From: the human T2T-CHM13v2.0 reference genome, Homo sapiens
Direction: 5' to 3' (one strand)
NCBI RefSeq assembly: GCF_009914755.1
Contig: NC_060936.1
DNA length: 64,000 nucleotides
Shown: positions 17,034-33,265 of the stretch, in pieces
How the letters are laid out: each line of letters starts with the position of its first letter
How positions within the stretch are numbered: the first letter of the stretch is position 1
Notes under the pieces: generated by a model
Database searches by the model: none
The model's input: only the letters and a program-made list of their open reading frames with translations
Told to the model about the DNA's origin: nothing
Position numbers and translations under genes: made by a program

Positions 17034-17452
17034 CTATGGAAACAAAAGTTAGTGCCTGTAATAAATTACCTAAGCCAGCACAAGGTGACCTTGGCTATCT
17101 CTCCTAAACTAAGAGAATGCTGATACAGGGAAGGGGGGAAGAGGAGGAGAAAAGGAGGGAGGGGAAAGGACACACGCGTGCACACACGTGCATGCCAAAA
17201 CACCCTGGGTATCTTATTCATTAGATATGTGATTAGCAATACAATGATCCATTCTGCAAAAGAACCATTCAAGCAACTGGGAACCACCTCCTTTCCTTAG
17301 ATAAAAGCTATTGTGCAGCAATTTCTGACACCTACAAAGCTCCTTTCTAAGTTTTATTTTCAGAGGAATCTCACATGAAGAGCCTAATGCTCATCATAAA
17401 ACAGAGGCCGAAAGAAAAAAGGAGCCGCAGAACCAGGATCAACTCCCCATAC

Positions 17453-17604
17453 CTTGTTGGGCTGCAGGCAGCAGGAGACACAGTACTCATAGGCGCTGCA
17501 GCAGCCGTTGGGCCAGCAGCCATCACAGCAGTACTGCTTCGTGCTAGGGACGTTGACATTACAGCAGCCATTTACCAGCAAATCCTTCCTCTCGCAAACG
17601 TAGC
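17453..17604 (-). CDS. SPRING1: SPRING1 coding exon 3, cysteine-rich luminal domain (YVCERKD...SCCLQPNK)
   Basis: Acceptor tttcag|GC; 152 nt; donor AAG|GTATGG; 11 Cys in 50 codons. Confidence 0.97.
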
Positions 17605-20223
17605 CTGAAAGTCAGAGACCAACCTTAGCATAAAACCAGCAGCCTTGCCACCTCCCTACCAGGGATGACCATGAAGCAGCAGTGAAAGTACACAGACAGA
17701 AGCTGGAGTCTGGGGCATCATCCTAAGCACCGGAGAGCTGGAAACTGGACATAATGTGAGTGGGGCTTACTTTCCCCAGGCAGTCGTTTCCAGGAAGCAG
17801 GCACTCCCCTGTTATCGCCAGGCTACACGTCGGAACCTACCTACACCTACTGTTTAGTCGGCTGGCACATGTCTGATTTCATCATCAGGTCAAGCTACGG
17901 CTACGTTCTCCTATTCTAACCTATGCAAGCCAACGTCTCATCTGTGCTTGAAGAAAAATGTCATTCTTTTTTGAACAAAAAGTTTAAAACAGAAAAAAAC
18001 CGAGGCACTGATTCACAAAAGTGAGGTCCTTCTAGATTTAACAAACAAACCACTCTTTACAAATATCTTTCAGATGCTCGCTGCATACTGACTAATTTGG
18101 AGATTACAAAAATAGAAATATTCACATCTAACCCTTATAAACTGATTTATACGTGTACGTGCCACGGACTCAATCACCCTTTGGCCTTTGGGAATGCAGT
18201 TCTCTAATACTCAAGAAAGAAAAAAACCTCTTAATCCCCCCCTCAACTTCTTATAAATCTCATCATCTATATACACATGCCCCTTCCAACCCAGCCCATT
18301 CATGGCCAACTTTAGAGAAAAAATCTTCTTACAAAAGCTAATGTATTGTTCAGAGCTGCTAAGCAGACATTTCTCTACATCCTTCTGGGAATGGGACAGA
18401 AAAATGTAAGGATAGGTCCACAAGGGCCACCACTGGCCCCGAGGAAAGTCCCAGGTGCACACATGAGCTCCCAGGTGCACGTTCAGGCCCACAGGTGCAG
18501 AGCAGCTGCTCCCCACATCACTGCATTCCAAACACCCCAGCTTCTTCATCCTCAGAGAAGGAGACTTGCTGAAGTATAAGGTTGTTTTCAGAAACTACTT
18601 TAGAAAACAAAGTCTGTTCAAAAGCAGGAGGCACCAGTAGAACAACAGTAACAAAGAAACTAAAAGGGCCCTCACTTAAGACTTGGGCAAATGAGGTCTA
18701 TAGAGAACTGGGTTCCAGATACTTGGGAATCGGTGCCTTTTGTGGTAGTTGTTGTTTATGTTATTCTGTCTTCTAAATTAAGAGAGGATGATTCTAATGC
18801 TATAGTAAATGTTTCTTGGGATTCTTCCTATTTCTACTCATTTTCTTTTCAGGGACTAGAAACAAACACAAAATGTAATTAAGTTAGTTAGCATTTTCCT
18901 CAAAATTCTGCTCAAAATAATAAACACATAGCAACTGTATATAATGTGACCTAAACTCTGCCAGTTGAAATTCTCTTTCTGCCTTTTACTTTTCATCTTG
19001 TAAGTGTCAGCATCTCAGGCATCCTTTTTTTTCCCCACTGCCAACTTACAGTATTCAGCCTTGAAATGCAGCTCTTTCTAGCTTGGTGAAAGCAAGCTCA
19101 TCAAGAACTCTCATCTTGTATCAGACATCTACTAACTCAAACGTTATCTCCAACAAGGAGTCCTGTAAGATCACAACCTCATACTGTGTTGCTATTGCCT
19201 TGAAAATTAACTTCCAGCCTTTGAAAAGTTTGTAAATGCAAATGATCTTATTTAATAATGTGTTACCCCGGCAATATTCACAGTGGCATCTGCTTGCTAA
19301 GAAGCATAAGTTCTTACATGCTTTCTTTACTAAACTACTTACTTCACCCATACTCATGGAGAAAAATAAAACCTATAGCTCTTGGATTTTTATTAATTGA
19401 TTGATTCCTTCACTCCTGGAATTTTTTACTCAAAGAGTCCAAGAGTCTCTGTCTTACCCAAATTAATCAAAAGAATATTCTTTCACTAGCTATGATAAAA
19501 GATGACAAACTGTGCTCACAACCCAGCACTAAAACATTAAAGTGAGAGTGTAAGATTTCATGTTTTCTCACTGAATGTCACACATCCTGTAAGAAGCCCT
19601 GAACTCCAAGTCAATGTCTGCCCACTGACTATGTCATCTTATGGAAGTAACTTCCTTTTGCTAAACTTCACTCTGCTTATTAAAAAACAAAACCCACATT
19701 ATTTTCAATATGATTTGCTTTTTCAATGTGATCTGAAAAATATAGCTTGTCACTGGCATCACTGCTGAGTTGGGAATGCATTCTGGTCAGTCAACAAGTA
19801 CATTTCTTGAGTGTCAACACAATGTGAATTTTACTCAGGTTACCAAGAAGGAAAACTGAGCTCTTATCCTATAGAGTTCACCCTCGAGATGAGAAAAAAA
19901 GATTGGCAAGATGGGGAAATAGTGAGGCTGGGGAGAGATTGTCAGAAGGGGCCTGGGGACTGATGCGTGACACAGTGCTCATGTTGTAAGTTGTAGGCAG
20001 AAAGAACTTTTAAGAGTTAGAGTTATCAAAACAAGCTTCTCTGATGTTGAAGGGAACCTTGAATGATGAGTAGGGTATAGAAGACAAAAACCTGGGGAAT
20101 GTTGGAGATGAGCGAGGAGAGAAAATGTGTTGCAGAGGAATCCCTATTCAAACAAAAACCCTATGAATGGCCCAACCAGCCTACGCTCCTGACCGCCTGG
20201 AGAGGAAGGGAAGCCAGCCTCAC

Positions 20224-20380
20224 CGAGTTCATCCGTGATGAGGTGCTTCCCTTGAATGGAGTTGCGGCACTGATTGCTCGGACGACTGCTATTGCCCAAG
20301 TTAAACTGCACTTTCCACGGGATGGGCTGATTATGGTCATGAACCTGGAGGAGATTCCTATCTCTCACTGCCCTCTCCTC
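20224..20380 (-). CDS. SPRING1: SPRING1 coding exon 2 ([11 protein letters not shown]...ITDEL/G), containing the R45-N-L-L S1P-type motif and N67 sequon
   Basis: Acceptor ttctttgcag|GAG; 157 nt; donor G|GTGAGG, phase 1; frame continuous with exons 1 and 3. Confidence 0.97.
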
Positions 20381-22255
20381 CTGCAAAGAAACCATAAGTG
20401 AGAAGGTTAAGTATCCAGTATCCTTTCTTACAATTTCACCAGTTTTTCACAGAAACTACAGTAAGAGGACAGAAATACTATAAAAGGCTTACACTACCAG
20501 AATCTGCCCTCTCCTGGTACAAGCAAAGCCTGAGCCAAAGTCATAAAATAAACCTGTAGGAAAAAGTAATAAGCTAGTGCTATGCTTGAAAACTGGCATA
20601 CTTACATGCGTGGCTCCTGGATGGCATGCACATCATAAATGTGTATAAAAGTGTTAATTTTATGAAAAAATTGGAGAGGAAAAGTTTTGGACTTTTTCTT
20701 TCTGATGGCAAGTAATTTAAAATATTTTTCACATTAAAACAAATACATTGTGGAACAGAACTTAAAATGTGAATACACTTTTTAAAGAGCAGAAGAAACT
20801 TTCGTGACTCTCATCTCAGACATCTAGAGCACAAAATCCCTTTCATTTGCAGTTACAGGTACTTTGGGTGGAAGACGTTTGGGAAAACGTGAATTAGGAC
20901 ATTGATTTTAGGAGCAAAATGAAGCATGTCAACTTGTGAATTTCTTCTGTGAAGGACCACTGAGTATGTAACCCGCTACGGAACACACCCAGGCCGGCCA
21001 GCCCTCTACCCGGACAAGCAATTGGAAGAGTTGCCCTGGAGTCAAGAGTTGAAGATCATCTCTTCTGGTCTTGAAGCTATGTCCGCTAGGAGCCAGCTTA
21101 CAAAACTGCCTTTTCTATACTGTTTTCTATACTGTTATAATCTTTTCTATACTGTTAAAAAAAAAACTAAAGAGGAAGCTGCCTAAGTGCTAGAAAACAA
21201 GCCGAGCTTGAGACGGCCTCTTCTGAACGCTTCAGTAAGCTACTGGATAATAAAACAATGATGGACTTGAAACATTCACTGTTCTAACGGAGTTCTGTGG
21301 CTTTTACCTTTCAAAATAACCTGTCATGTGTTGCTTTTTAAGCAAAAGGGACTAATCTTGAAAATTTGATGAAGAAGCTTATATACTTAAAAAATGGTAA
21401 AGATCTTTATCGTTACTAAAATTTATCTAGGAAAGTAATCTAGGAAGATCTGTTCGTATTTTAAAAATATATGTCTACATACACTTTGGCCCAGGAAACT
21501 CAGGTCTGTCCTATGGAAAACACCAATGTATAGGGAAATACAAGGATGTTTACTACATGATCGTTTCGATGGTATAAAAAACCTGAAACCTGCCGGGTGT
21601 GGTGGCTCATGCCTGTAATCCCAGCACTTTGGGGAGGCCGAGGCCGGTGGATCACCTAAGGTCAGGAGTTCAAGGTCAGCCTGGCCAACATGGTGAAACC
21701 CCATCTCCACTAAAAATACAAAAATTAGCCGGGCGTGGTGGTAGAATTGCATGAACCCAGAAGGTAAAGGTTGCAGTGAGCCGAGATCACACCACTGCAC
21801 TCCAGCCTGGGTGACAAGAGCAAAACTCCATCTCAAAAACAAACAAACAAAACCCCTGAAACCCCAATAACAGAGAAATGACTGAATGAACACTGGTATA
21901 ACAATACTGTTACAACCAAACTGAGATACGACTGATAGCTATTTAACTAGAGTAGCAGCTCTACAAACTGACTTTTGCACATTAGATTAATGTAGGGAGC
22001 ATAAAAACAAATTCTGATTCCTAAGCCCACCTATGGGCAGGAAAATCTGTGGAGACCTGGGAATCAGTATTTTTAAAGTACCTAGATGATTTTAATACAT
22101 AGACAGGGTTGCAGACCACTGCATGCCTATAGTGTATTATCAAGGGAAAAAGCAAGTTGCAGAATAATGTGCCTATCACACATATTATGATAATAATTAT
22201 GATAATATGCACATATAGGTTTGTAAGAGCTAAGATAATGGTATGGAAAGATATA

Positions 22256-22585
22256 CAGTAGTCTCTCTTACCCATGGTTTTACTTTCTGAAGTTTAACAG
22301 TTACTCGCAGTTAACTGTGGTCCAAAAATATTAAATAAAAAACTGCAGAAGTAAACAGTTCCTAAGTTTTAAATTGAGCACTGTTCTAAGTAGCATGGTG
22401 CAACCTCACGCCATCCCATTCCGTCCCGCCCGGGCTGTGCATCATTCCTTTATCCAGCATATCCATGTTAGTCACTTAGTAGTCACTCAGTTACCAGGTG
22501 GAAAAACAGTATGGATAGGGTTTGGTACTAGCCGCAGTTTCAGGCATCCACTGAGGGTCTCAGAACAGATAAGGGGGAACTACTA
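22256..22585 (+). mobile_element. MER44A (Tigger-family MITE)
   Basis: Terminal inverted repeats cagtagtctctcttacc... and ...gataagggggaactacta, flanked by TA; internal text matches the recalled MER44A consensus. Confidence 0.8.
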
Positions 22586-22936
22586 TACTACAGACTACTA
22601 ACATGGGAGGGACGTATGTGGTTATTAAAATTATCTTTAATCATCTTGGGAATATTTTTAATTTAAAATAAAGTGATAACATTAAAAACAGGATTATTAA
22701 TAACAGAAGGAAATTAAGTAAAGATTCTGTAGAACTTTCTATTATACTTAGTACTTTTCTGGCCGGGCGCCATGGCTCACACCTGTAATCCCAACACTTT
22801 GGGAGGCCAAGGCGGGCGGATCACGAGTTCAGAAGATCGAGACCATCCTGGCTAACACAGTGAAACCCCGTCTCTACTAAAAATACAAAAAAATTAGCTG
22901 GGCGTGGTGGCGGGCGCCTGTAGTCCCAGCTACTCA

Positions 22937-23077
<141 letters not shown>

Positions 23078-26031
23078 TTATTCAAAAAATTGTTTGAAAA
23101 ACACGATTACCAACATTAAAGGCAAAAATTGTCCATAATCCCATCAACTTAAATAAATTCTATTTCTTTTTGCATATTAACTTCTAGCTTTTGACCTCAA
23201 CATTTACACAAATTAGGATGTTTTGCATTCAGCTCTTCTTGACACTAATTGGATAGTAAAACATTTCCAAGTCCCTACATTATCTTGATAATCACATTTT
23301 CAAGGCCATCTAATAATCCATCATGTTGATGTGCCATCATTTAGTAAACACATCCTCTATAGATCAATATTAGGCCCAGGTTTTTGTTATCATAGATAAT
23401 ACTGCAATAAAATGTGGAGCTTTTAAAACAATTCTCTTGAATAACTTGTAGTAAAATGCTATGTAGTGCCAAATAATGTCCCACATTACATCTACCATCT
23501 GTAATAGTACCAGCATTTAAATAACAGTGTTTACAATTTGACCACAACCCCACCAGTAGCGGATTTTGTTCTTTAATTTACCGTCTTTCAAGGTGGCTTT
23601 AATTTCTATTCTGCTCCCTCCCTTTTGTTTCTTTGCAAAGAAAGAACTGGTACTAGCAGGACCGGGAGGGGGGCGGTTATACAAAAGCAACATCTGTATT
23701 CCTCAGTTATTGCAAGAAGAGGAGCTAGGTGCAGGAGCCTTGGGAGTATGGGACAAATCACTTAGGTGCATGCTGCTTAACTACCTGTAAATTCATACTC
23801 TTCTGCTCTACTGGGACCCTATCAGTTAACTGCATCATCAAGCTATGTGCAAACTAAACTGAGCTGCAAATGCTACCCTAGATAAATTAATAGCCATAAA
23901 GATTATTAAGAGCTTGGTCAAAGTACAGTAAACTGGATTTTACGACAAGGTTAAAAGTGCTCTTAACATTACTCCCACGCTATCCTGTTGTTCTTCCAAA
24001 AGAAAACAAGAGTTCACAGTCAAGTGCATCCCAGAAGGACCCCTGCCACATCATGACATTCCTGGTAAACAGGAAAGCAATTCTCCCAGCACTTCAACGC
24101 GTTTCCAAACACGAATATTCAAGACCTTGCCAAAAGGACAGTGAAAGCATGTGGCAGAAATAACTTAGCAATGTTTGCTTTTTTGAAGGCCCAGTCTTGC
24201 AAAGGGTGCTGAGGACATTCCTTCACAGGATAGGGAGCTTTCTACCTTTCCTGAACTGTTTCACCTACCCTATTAGGTTGTCTCAATTTTAAGCTTTTCT
24301 TCATATTTATATTTTTTCACTCGAAATTCATTCAAAGATATCTAGTTCTTACAGAATGCTAAGGATGCAGAGATGAACGGCAGTCTGGTTCTGTATTCGA
24401 AGAGCCTCAGAGCTGTTGAGAAAGGGGTACCTCCATATATCAGTGCGATCAGGCACTGCAGATGCTGTGACACATGTCCACATGGGGTGCACTAGGTACA
24501 AAGAGAAGAGCAGGAGCCAAAAGTACATGAGGGCTTTCTTCCTAATTGTAAAGAGCTACAGAAACACACTGTGATTACTAATGCGTTGCTTTGTGTCTCA
24601 CTTCAGAAGGGCTGTATTCATAACTGTGCTGTGTACTTTTCAGGAGTTATCACAGGTCAAGTGAGATAAATGTCCCATGTAAGCAGTAAAGCACGGAAAC
24701 ATAAGGCACTCTTATGAACCTCAAAAAAAGAGGGGAGGGGGAGAAAGGCCAGAGGGTACTCCAAATGTCTAGTATTTGGGAAATGGCTAAATGCAGCCTG
24801 ATAATGGAAATTTTTAGTTATAAAAATCCTATTTCCAAAGAGCTTTTAAAGATAGGGAAATGCTTATATGTTAAATGAAGAAACAGTATGCCTCAACTAT
24901 ACAAACAAGAAGGATGAAAAATGGCAGGAAGAAAATATGCCCAAATATGAACAGTGGATGCCTCTGGTTAGTGAGATTATGGGTAACTGTTCCTCTCCTC
25001 TACCCTGTGCAATACGAGACAAACATTCTGCAATATATATATATCTCTCTCTCTTAATAATCAGTGCAAAACAAAAAAATCCCCACCAAATTAGCAAGTC
25101 TCATATTATATGATATATACTTCACTCTAGACAGTATCTAACTTGGCACCAATTTACACACTTAGCTCCTTTAAGGCTGAACATGTTCGTAGATTTTCAA
25201 GGAGTTATGCAAACAGCCCTGAGACTTTCAGGAGCTGCACCACTTGAACACGTATGAGAACATCTGGTTACACGAGAGGAACTCTAAGGACCCTTCTGAC
25301 TCCCAAGATGGGAACTTGTTTAATCTCAGGTCAAATGCCTCGCATAGTTAGGCCCGCCCTGCCACTAGATCATGTCATCCTGTTTTGTTTTCTTCATAAC
25401 ATACATCATTATCTGAAATCATTTTGCTTATTTACTATCTCTCCTCCTTACCCGCTAGTGGAATATAGGCTCTTGGAGGGGAGAGACGTCATCTGCTTTG
25501 CCCACTCTGTCTCTGCCATCCAGCAGAACAGTGCCTGGCACACAGTTGGTGTTATTTGTTAAATAAATGCACCCAAGAAACCTGGTACCATTCACCATTC
25601 CCAACCCTCCCCTCAATGGCATCCCCACCATCATCACTGATTTCTTCTGCCTCCCATCTCTACAATTTAAGTTATCCCCCATAGCATTAATTAACATGAA
25701 AACCAAAGAAAAGAGGAATTCAAAGCAGCAGAGAGGATAATCAACTATTCTCCAGGCAAAAGCTGCCGCATCTGCGCCATGAGTTTCCAGTCTCACCGCA
25801 GCGGAGCTAAGGGGCACGGGGAGCTTCACAGTGTTCATAGCGTCTTCTCCATCAACGGTACACACCCTGGACCCGTACACTCCATCTCACCATCTCCATT
25901 TTACAGAGGAAGAACCCCAACTCCCTCAAGGCCCACAGCTAGGGAGTGGAAGACCACCCAAACTGAGGCCAGCTGAGCAGGGACGGCCAAGTCAGACGCA
26001 TGCAGGAGCGCCTCTGCCAGAGCACCCAGGA

Positions 26032-28591
26032 CAGCGGGGCTCAAAAGCCTTTGGTCCTGGAACCCTTTCTAATCTTAAAAATTACTGAGGACCTCAATAT
26101 GTGGGTTTATGTGAGTTATGGCTATTGATGCTTACCATATTGAAAATTAAAACATAAATCCTTAAAATGTTTATTTTAGATCGTTTTTATTCATTTAAAA
26201 ATAACAACAATGAATTCGGTACATGAGTTTTTTGTGAAAAAACACTTAAAAAAATAGTAAGGAGAGGGGCAATGTTTTTATATTTCTGCAAACCTTTTTA
26301 ATGTCTCCCTCGATGGAAGACAGCTGAATCTCCGAAGCGACCTCTATATTCAATATCTGTCACAATATATTGTCTGGGTTGGAATACACCAAAAAATCTA
26401 TTCCACACAAATGTGTAATTGGAAAAGGGAGGACTACTTTAACAACTTTTGCAGAAAATTATGGATAATACTAAAGCATACTTGACACTAAATACTACAC
26501 CAGAATTTGACAGCTGCAGGTTCCTAAAAGTTCACTGCACACAGTGCAGCCAGTTTGGAAAACAGTTGTGCAGTTCCTCAAAAAGTTTAACACAGATTTA
26601 CCATCTGACCCAGTAATGCCACTCCTAGGAATATACCAAGAGAAATTAAAACATGTCCACATGAAAACTTGTAAATGAATGTCTGCAACAGCGTTATTCA
26701 TAATAACTAAAAGGTGGAAACAACCCAAATGTCTCTCAATAAAGAATGAATAAACAAAATGTGACAGATGCACACGATGGAATATTATTCGGACATAAAA
26801 ATGAAGTGCTAATACATGCTAGGACATGGATGAACTTTGAAAACATTATGCTAAATGCAAACGCCAATCAAAAAAGACCACATATTATAGAATGCCAATT
26901 ATATGAAATATCTAAAATAGGCAAAACTATAGAAACAAAGTAGATTACTGATTGCTTAGGACTGAGGGGCAGGGGGAAGATGATGATGAAAATGTTTTAA
27001 AACTACTGGTTTGTGAATATACTACTTTTTTATTTTTGTTTTTATTTTTATTTATTTATTTATTTATTTTTTGAGACGGAGTCTCGCTCTGTCGCCCAGG
27101 CTGGAGTGCAGTGGCGCAAATCTCGGCTCACTGCAAGCTCCGCCTCCAAGGTTCATGCCATTCTCCTGCCTCAGCCTCCCGAGTAGCTGGAACTACAGGC
27201 ACCCACCACCACGCCCGGCTAATTTTTTGTATTTTTAGTAGAGACAGGGTTTCACTGTGTTAGCCAGGATGGTCTCAATCTCCTGATCTCATGATCCACC
27301 CGCCTCGGCCTCCCAAAGTGCTGGGATTACAGGCGTGAGCCACCACGCCCAGCCTTATTTTTACTTTTTAATTTTTTTTTTGAGACAGTCTTGCTCTGTC
27401 ACCCAGGCTGAAGTACAGTGGTGGATCCTGGCTCAATGCAACTTCCACCTCAGGTTCAAGTGATTCTCCTGACTCAGACTCCCGAGTAGCTGGGATTACA
27501 GGCACCTGCCACCACACCCAGCTAATTTTTGTATTTTTAGTAGAAACAGGGTTTCACCATGTTGGCCAGACTGGTCTGAAACTCCTGACCTCAGGTGATC
27601 CACCCATCTCAGCCTCCCAAAGTGCTGGGATTACAGGCTGAGCCATCATGCCCAGCCTGTGAATATACTACAAACAAGCGTTACATACTTTAAATGGGTG
27701 AACTGTATGATATGTGAATTATATCTCAATAAAACTTACCAAAAAACCCAGTTCCTTCAGCACAATGTGGCATCTGAAACCATATCAATGAATTTTTCAT
27801 AAACTGTTCAGATCCATGAGTCTGTCTTGCACATTGAACAGATCTTACGCAGATCTTCTAATTGACACATTTTCATTATACAATACTAAAAAAATCACAC
27901 TTGTTAATATCACCAGGGATTTAATCTTTAGGTGTTAGAAAGTTACAAGCTAAGCGTAGCAGATACGCATTTTCCAAAATTCTAATTTTCACTTGAAAGC
28001 TTAAATATTATCATTGGCAAATAATGTCAGATGTTTTCTGTAAAGTAACAAGCTCACTTCATTTTCAAGAAAATGTCTACCAAATACCCAAATCTGAATA
28101 ACTAGTGTATCAGTTGTTCTTTCAAGAAAAAATAGTGTTCCATGAAAAAAAGTGGCTACTTAAGCTTGCAGCTCAATTGCCAAAGCTCTTCCTCAAGACA
28201 CCCATCATATTTCTGTAGGCAGAACGTACTGTTAGGCATATTTCCCATTTCATTCTACAGGAAAGATATGTACTTGGGGATCAAAATTTAGCAAAAGTAA
28301 TAATTTTGACTGCTTTATTCTTAAGTGAAATTAGTACTTTTTTAAAAAACTACAAGTATGGCCGTGAAGAATACGACAACTAGTAGCACAGTCTGCTGCC
28401 GCTGCTTTGACCCTTGCTAAGGTACCGGCTTGACCCCCCATGACTTCTGCACCATCAGTGGAAGTGTCAACAAGGTGAAAAAAGCAAATAACATTTTGTC
28501 GTTATTCTGAAAAGAATTCTGGCCTTGCAGATCCCCTGACAGAGTCTCAGGGGCCCTCTGGGGTCCACAGACCACATTTTGGAACCCAGTG
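26032..28591 (+). mobile_element. hAT-Charlie (Charlie2-like) DNA transposon relic with a nested L1M (about 26540-27735) that itself holds two antisense Alus
   Basis: Ends resemble Charlie termini (cagcggggctcaaaa... and ...ggggtccacagaccacattttggaacccagtg). Internal L1 3' text; Alus at about 27060-27355 and 27375-27657. Confidence 0.65.
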
Positions 28592-30239
28592 GGTTAGGTT
28601 ATTATAAAAAACTAAAGGCTGGGTGCAGTAGCTCATGCCTATGATTCCAGCACTCTGGGAGGCTGAGCCAGGCCATTGCTTAAACCCAGGAGTTGGACAC
28701 CAGCCTGGAAAAAATAATGAGGGCCCATATCTACCAAAAAAATAAATTAATTAATTAGCTGGGTGTGGTTGCCCACGCCTGTAGTCCCAACTACTTGAGA
28801 GGCTGAAGTGGAAGGATCCCTTGAGCCTAAGGAATTCGAGGCTGCAAAGAGCTATGACGGTGCCACTTTACCCCAGCCTGGATGACAGAGCAAGACCCTG
28901 TACCAAAAACAAACAAATAAACAAAACCAAGTTAAAAAAAAACCCTAAGCCTCAGTGGCTTCACAGAAGATTGTTTCTTGCTCATGCTACAAGTCTAACA
29001 TGGGTAAGCCGAGGGGTTCTGCTCATCCTAGTCCCTCAGGCTGAATGAGGCCCCCTCTCAGCACATGTCCTCCACGGTCACCACGGCTTCTGCCTGCAAG
29101 TGACAGTTCACATTGTATAAGCCAATGCAGGCCACACAGCCACCCTCCTTCCAAAAGGGTGGGAGCCAATCCCACCATGCACCCAGAGGAGGATGACCAA
29201 CTCCTTGTGAACAACCCTGCTAACTACTACCCCAGGAGATCAGGCAAGGACATAATGAGTCACTGAGTGGTCCAGTGGAGGGCAGATCCCAAGATCTAAA
29301 GGACTGCAGCTTGGCTCAGTTAGTTCCCCAACTGCTGCTGGAGCAGACATAGACCCAGTGCTGACAAGTATCCTGGTATTTCAAGAGAAGCCAGAAGAAA
29401 GGATTTATATAAAATCTCATACATTTTTAATCCCTTTTTAAAAATACCGGCCAGGCACAGTGGCTCACACCTGTAATCCCAGCACTTTGGGAGGCCGAGG
29501 CGGGTGGATTGTTTAAGCTCAGGGGTTCAATACCAGCCTGAGCAACCTAGTAAAACCCCATCTCTACTAAAAATACAAAAGGCTGGACGCACTGGCTCAT
29601 GCCTGTAATCCCAGCACTTTGGGAGGCCGAGGCGGGCAGATCATCTGAGGTCAGGAGTTCGAGACCAGCCTGGCCAACATGGCGAAACCCCGTCTCTACT
29701 AAAAATACAAAATTAGCCAGGCATGGTGGTGCACGCCTGTAATCCCAGCTACTCAGGAGGCTGAAGCAGGAGAATCACTTGAACCTGGGATGAGGCGGTT
29801 GCAGTGACCTGAGATTGCATCACTGCACTCCAGCCTGGGTGACAGAGTGAGACCCCATCTCAAAAAACAAACAAAACAAAACAAGAAAACAATAAAAACC
29901 ATGCAAGCAGAACCAAGGTTGTATGTTACCCATTTCATCTCTATCATGATGGTTACAAATTGAGAATGTGGGCTTTAAAATCAGGTGGCCCTGAATCAGA
30001 GTCCCAGCCTGAGCCATCACAAAGAAACAGTAGCCCTAAGCACAAGGAATTCCTACAAAGTGACAGAGACATCCAATAGTAAAATGGTCAAAGGACATGA
30101 TAAGGCCACTTCAGATGCACAACAGTCAAATTACCAAAACCAGTAAGATGTTCATCTTCAACCACTAGTCAGGGAAATATACAGCACAGTAATAAAGATG
30201 GGGAATAAATCTGTAAGGTTATCTGAAAAAAGCGTTTTA

Positions 30240-31556
<1,317 letters not shown>

Positions 31557-32419
31557 TAATCTTAAAATGAAGATGATGTATCAGGGTAGTGAAAAGGTGG
31601 TTGTAGGGAAGGTGACAGAGTGGACAGCACCTGAGCCAAGAGGTGAAAGGTTAGCAGAAGTATGCCAGACTGAAAAGAAACATTCATCCCAGTTAAAAAG
31701 ACTCACTTGTTTGTTCAATCAATATTTGGATTCCCATGAAGTGGCTGGCAGTATCCTAGGGGCTGGGGAGTCTATGAACAAGACAGACAAGGTCTCTGTT
31801 CTCAAGAATATTATAGTCTAGAAGAGAGAGTGAGGCAAGACAGATAAGCAAGTAAATGAACAAGAAATGTTCAGTTTGTGATGCCTACCACAAAGAAAAT
31901 AAAGCAGGTTTATGAGCAAGGAATTGAAGTAATTTACACCGTGTCACCAGGTATGGTCTGAAGCAGTAACAGTCTGACCTGAAATGACAAAAAAGATTCA
32001 ACCATGCAGAGATCCTGGAAGACAATCCAGAGTTTTATCTGAGAATTTTACCTGGGGAAATGCCATGATGATCCCATCTTTTTAAAGATTATCACCCCTA
32101 CTGCGGGGAAGAGAAGAAGACAAGAATGGAAGCAGAGACTTGCAGCTGGGCTACTGCAGTGGTCCAGACGAGAGATGCCAGTGGCTTGGCCTAGAGTGAC
32201 AGCAGTGACACTCTGAAGAAATGAGCAGATTCAGGATACACTCTGGAGGCAGAGCCAATATTGTGGATATAGGGAGTGAGAGGAGAAAAAAAGAATGAAG
32301 TGGCTTTAATACCTGGTGAACAGTAATGCCACTGAGCGAGACTGGGAAGACTCGGGGAGGAACAAGTGCTGGCAGAGAATCAAGAGTTCTGTTGGTCCAA
32401 ACACGAACACATTCAACGT

Positions 32420-33265
<846 letters not shown>

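Noticed and set aside
20375-20383. NAGNAG acceptors (CAG GAG) at SPRING1 exon 2 and RNFT2 exon 6
   Set aside because: GAG is the least-used acceptor triplet, so alternative use is unlikely.
21308-21320. Possible 13-nt minus-strand micro-exon (cag|GTTATTTTGAAAG|gtaaaa) in SPRING1 intron 1
   Set aside because: Poor polypyrimidine tract and frameshifting; expected by chance.
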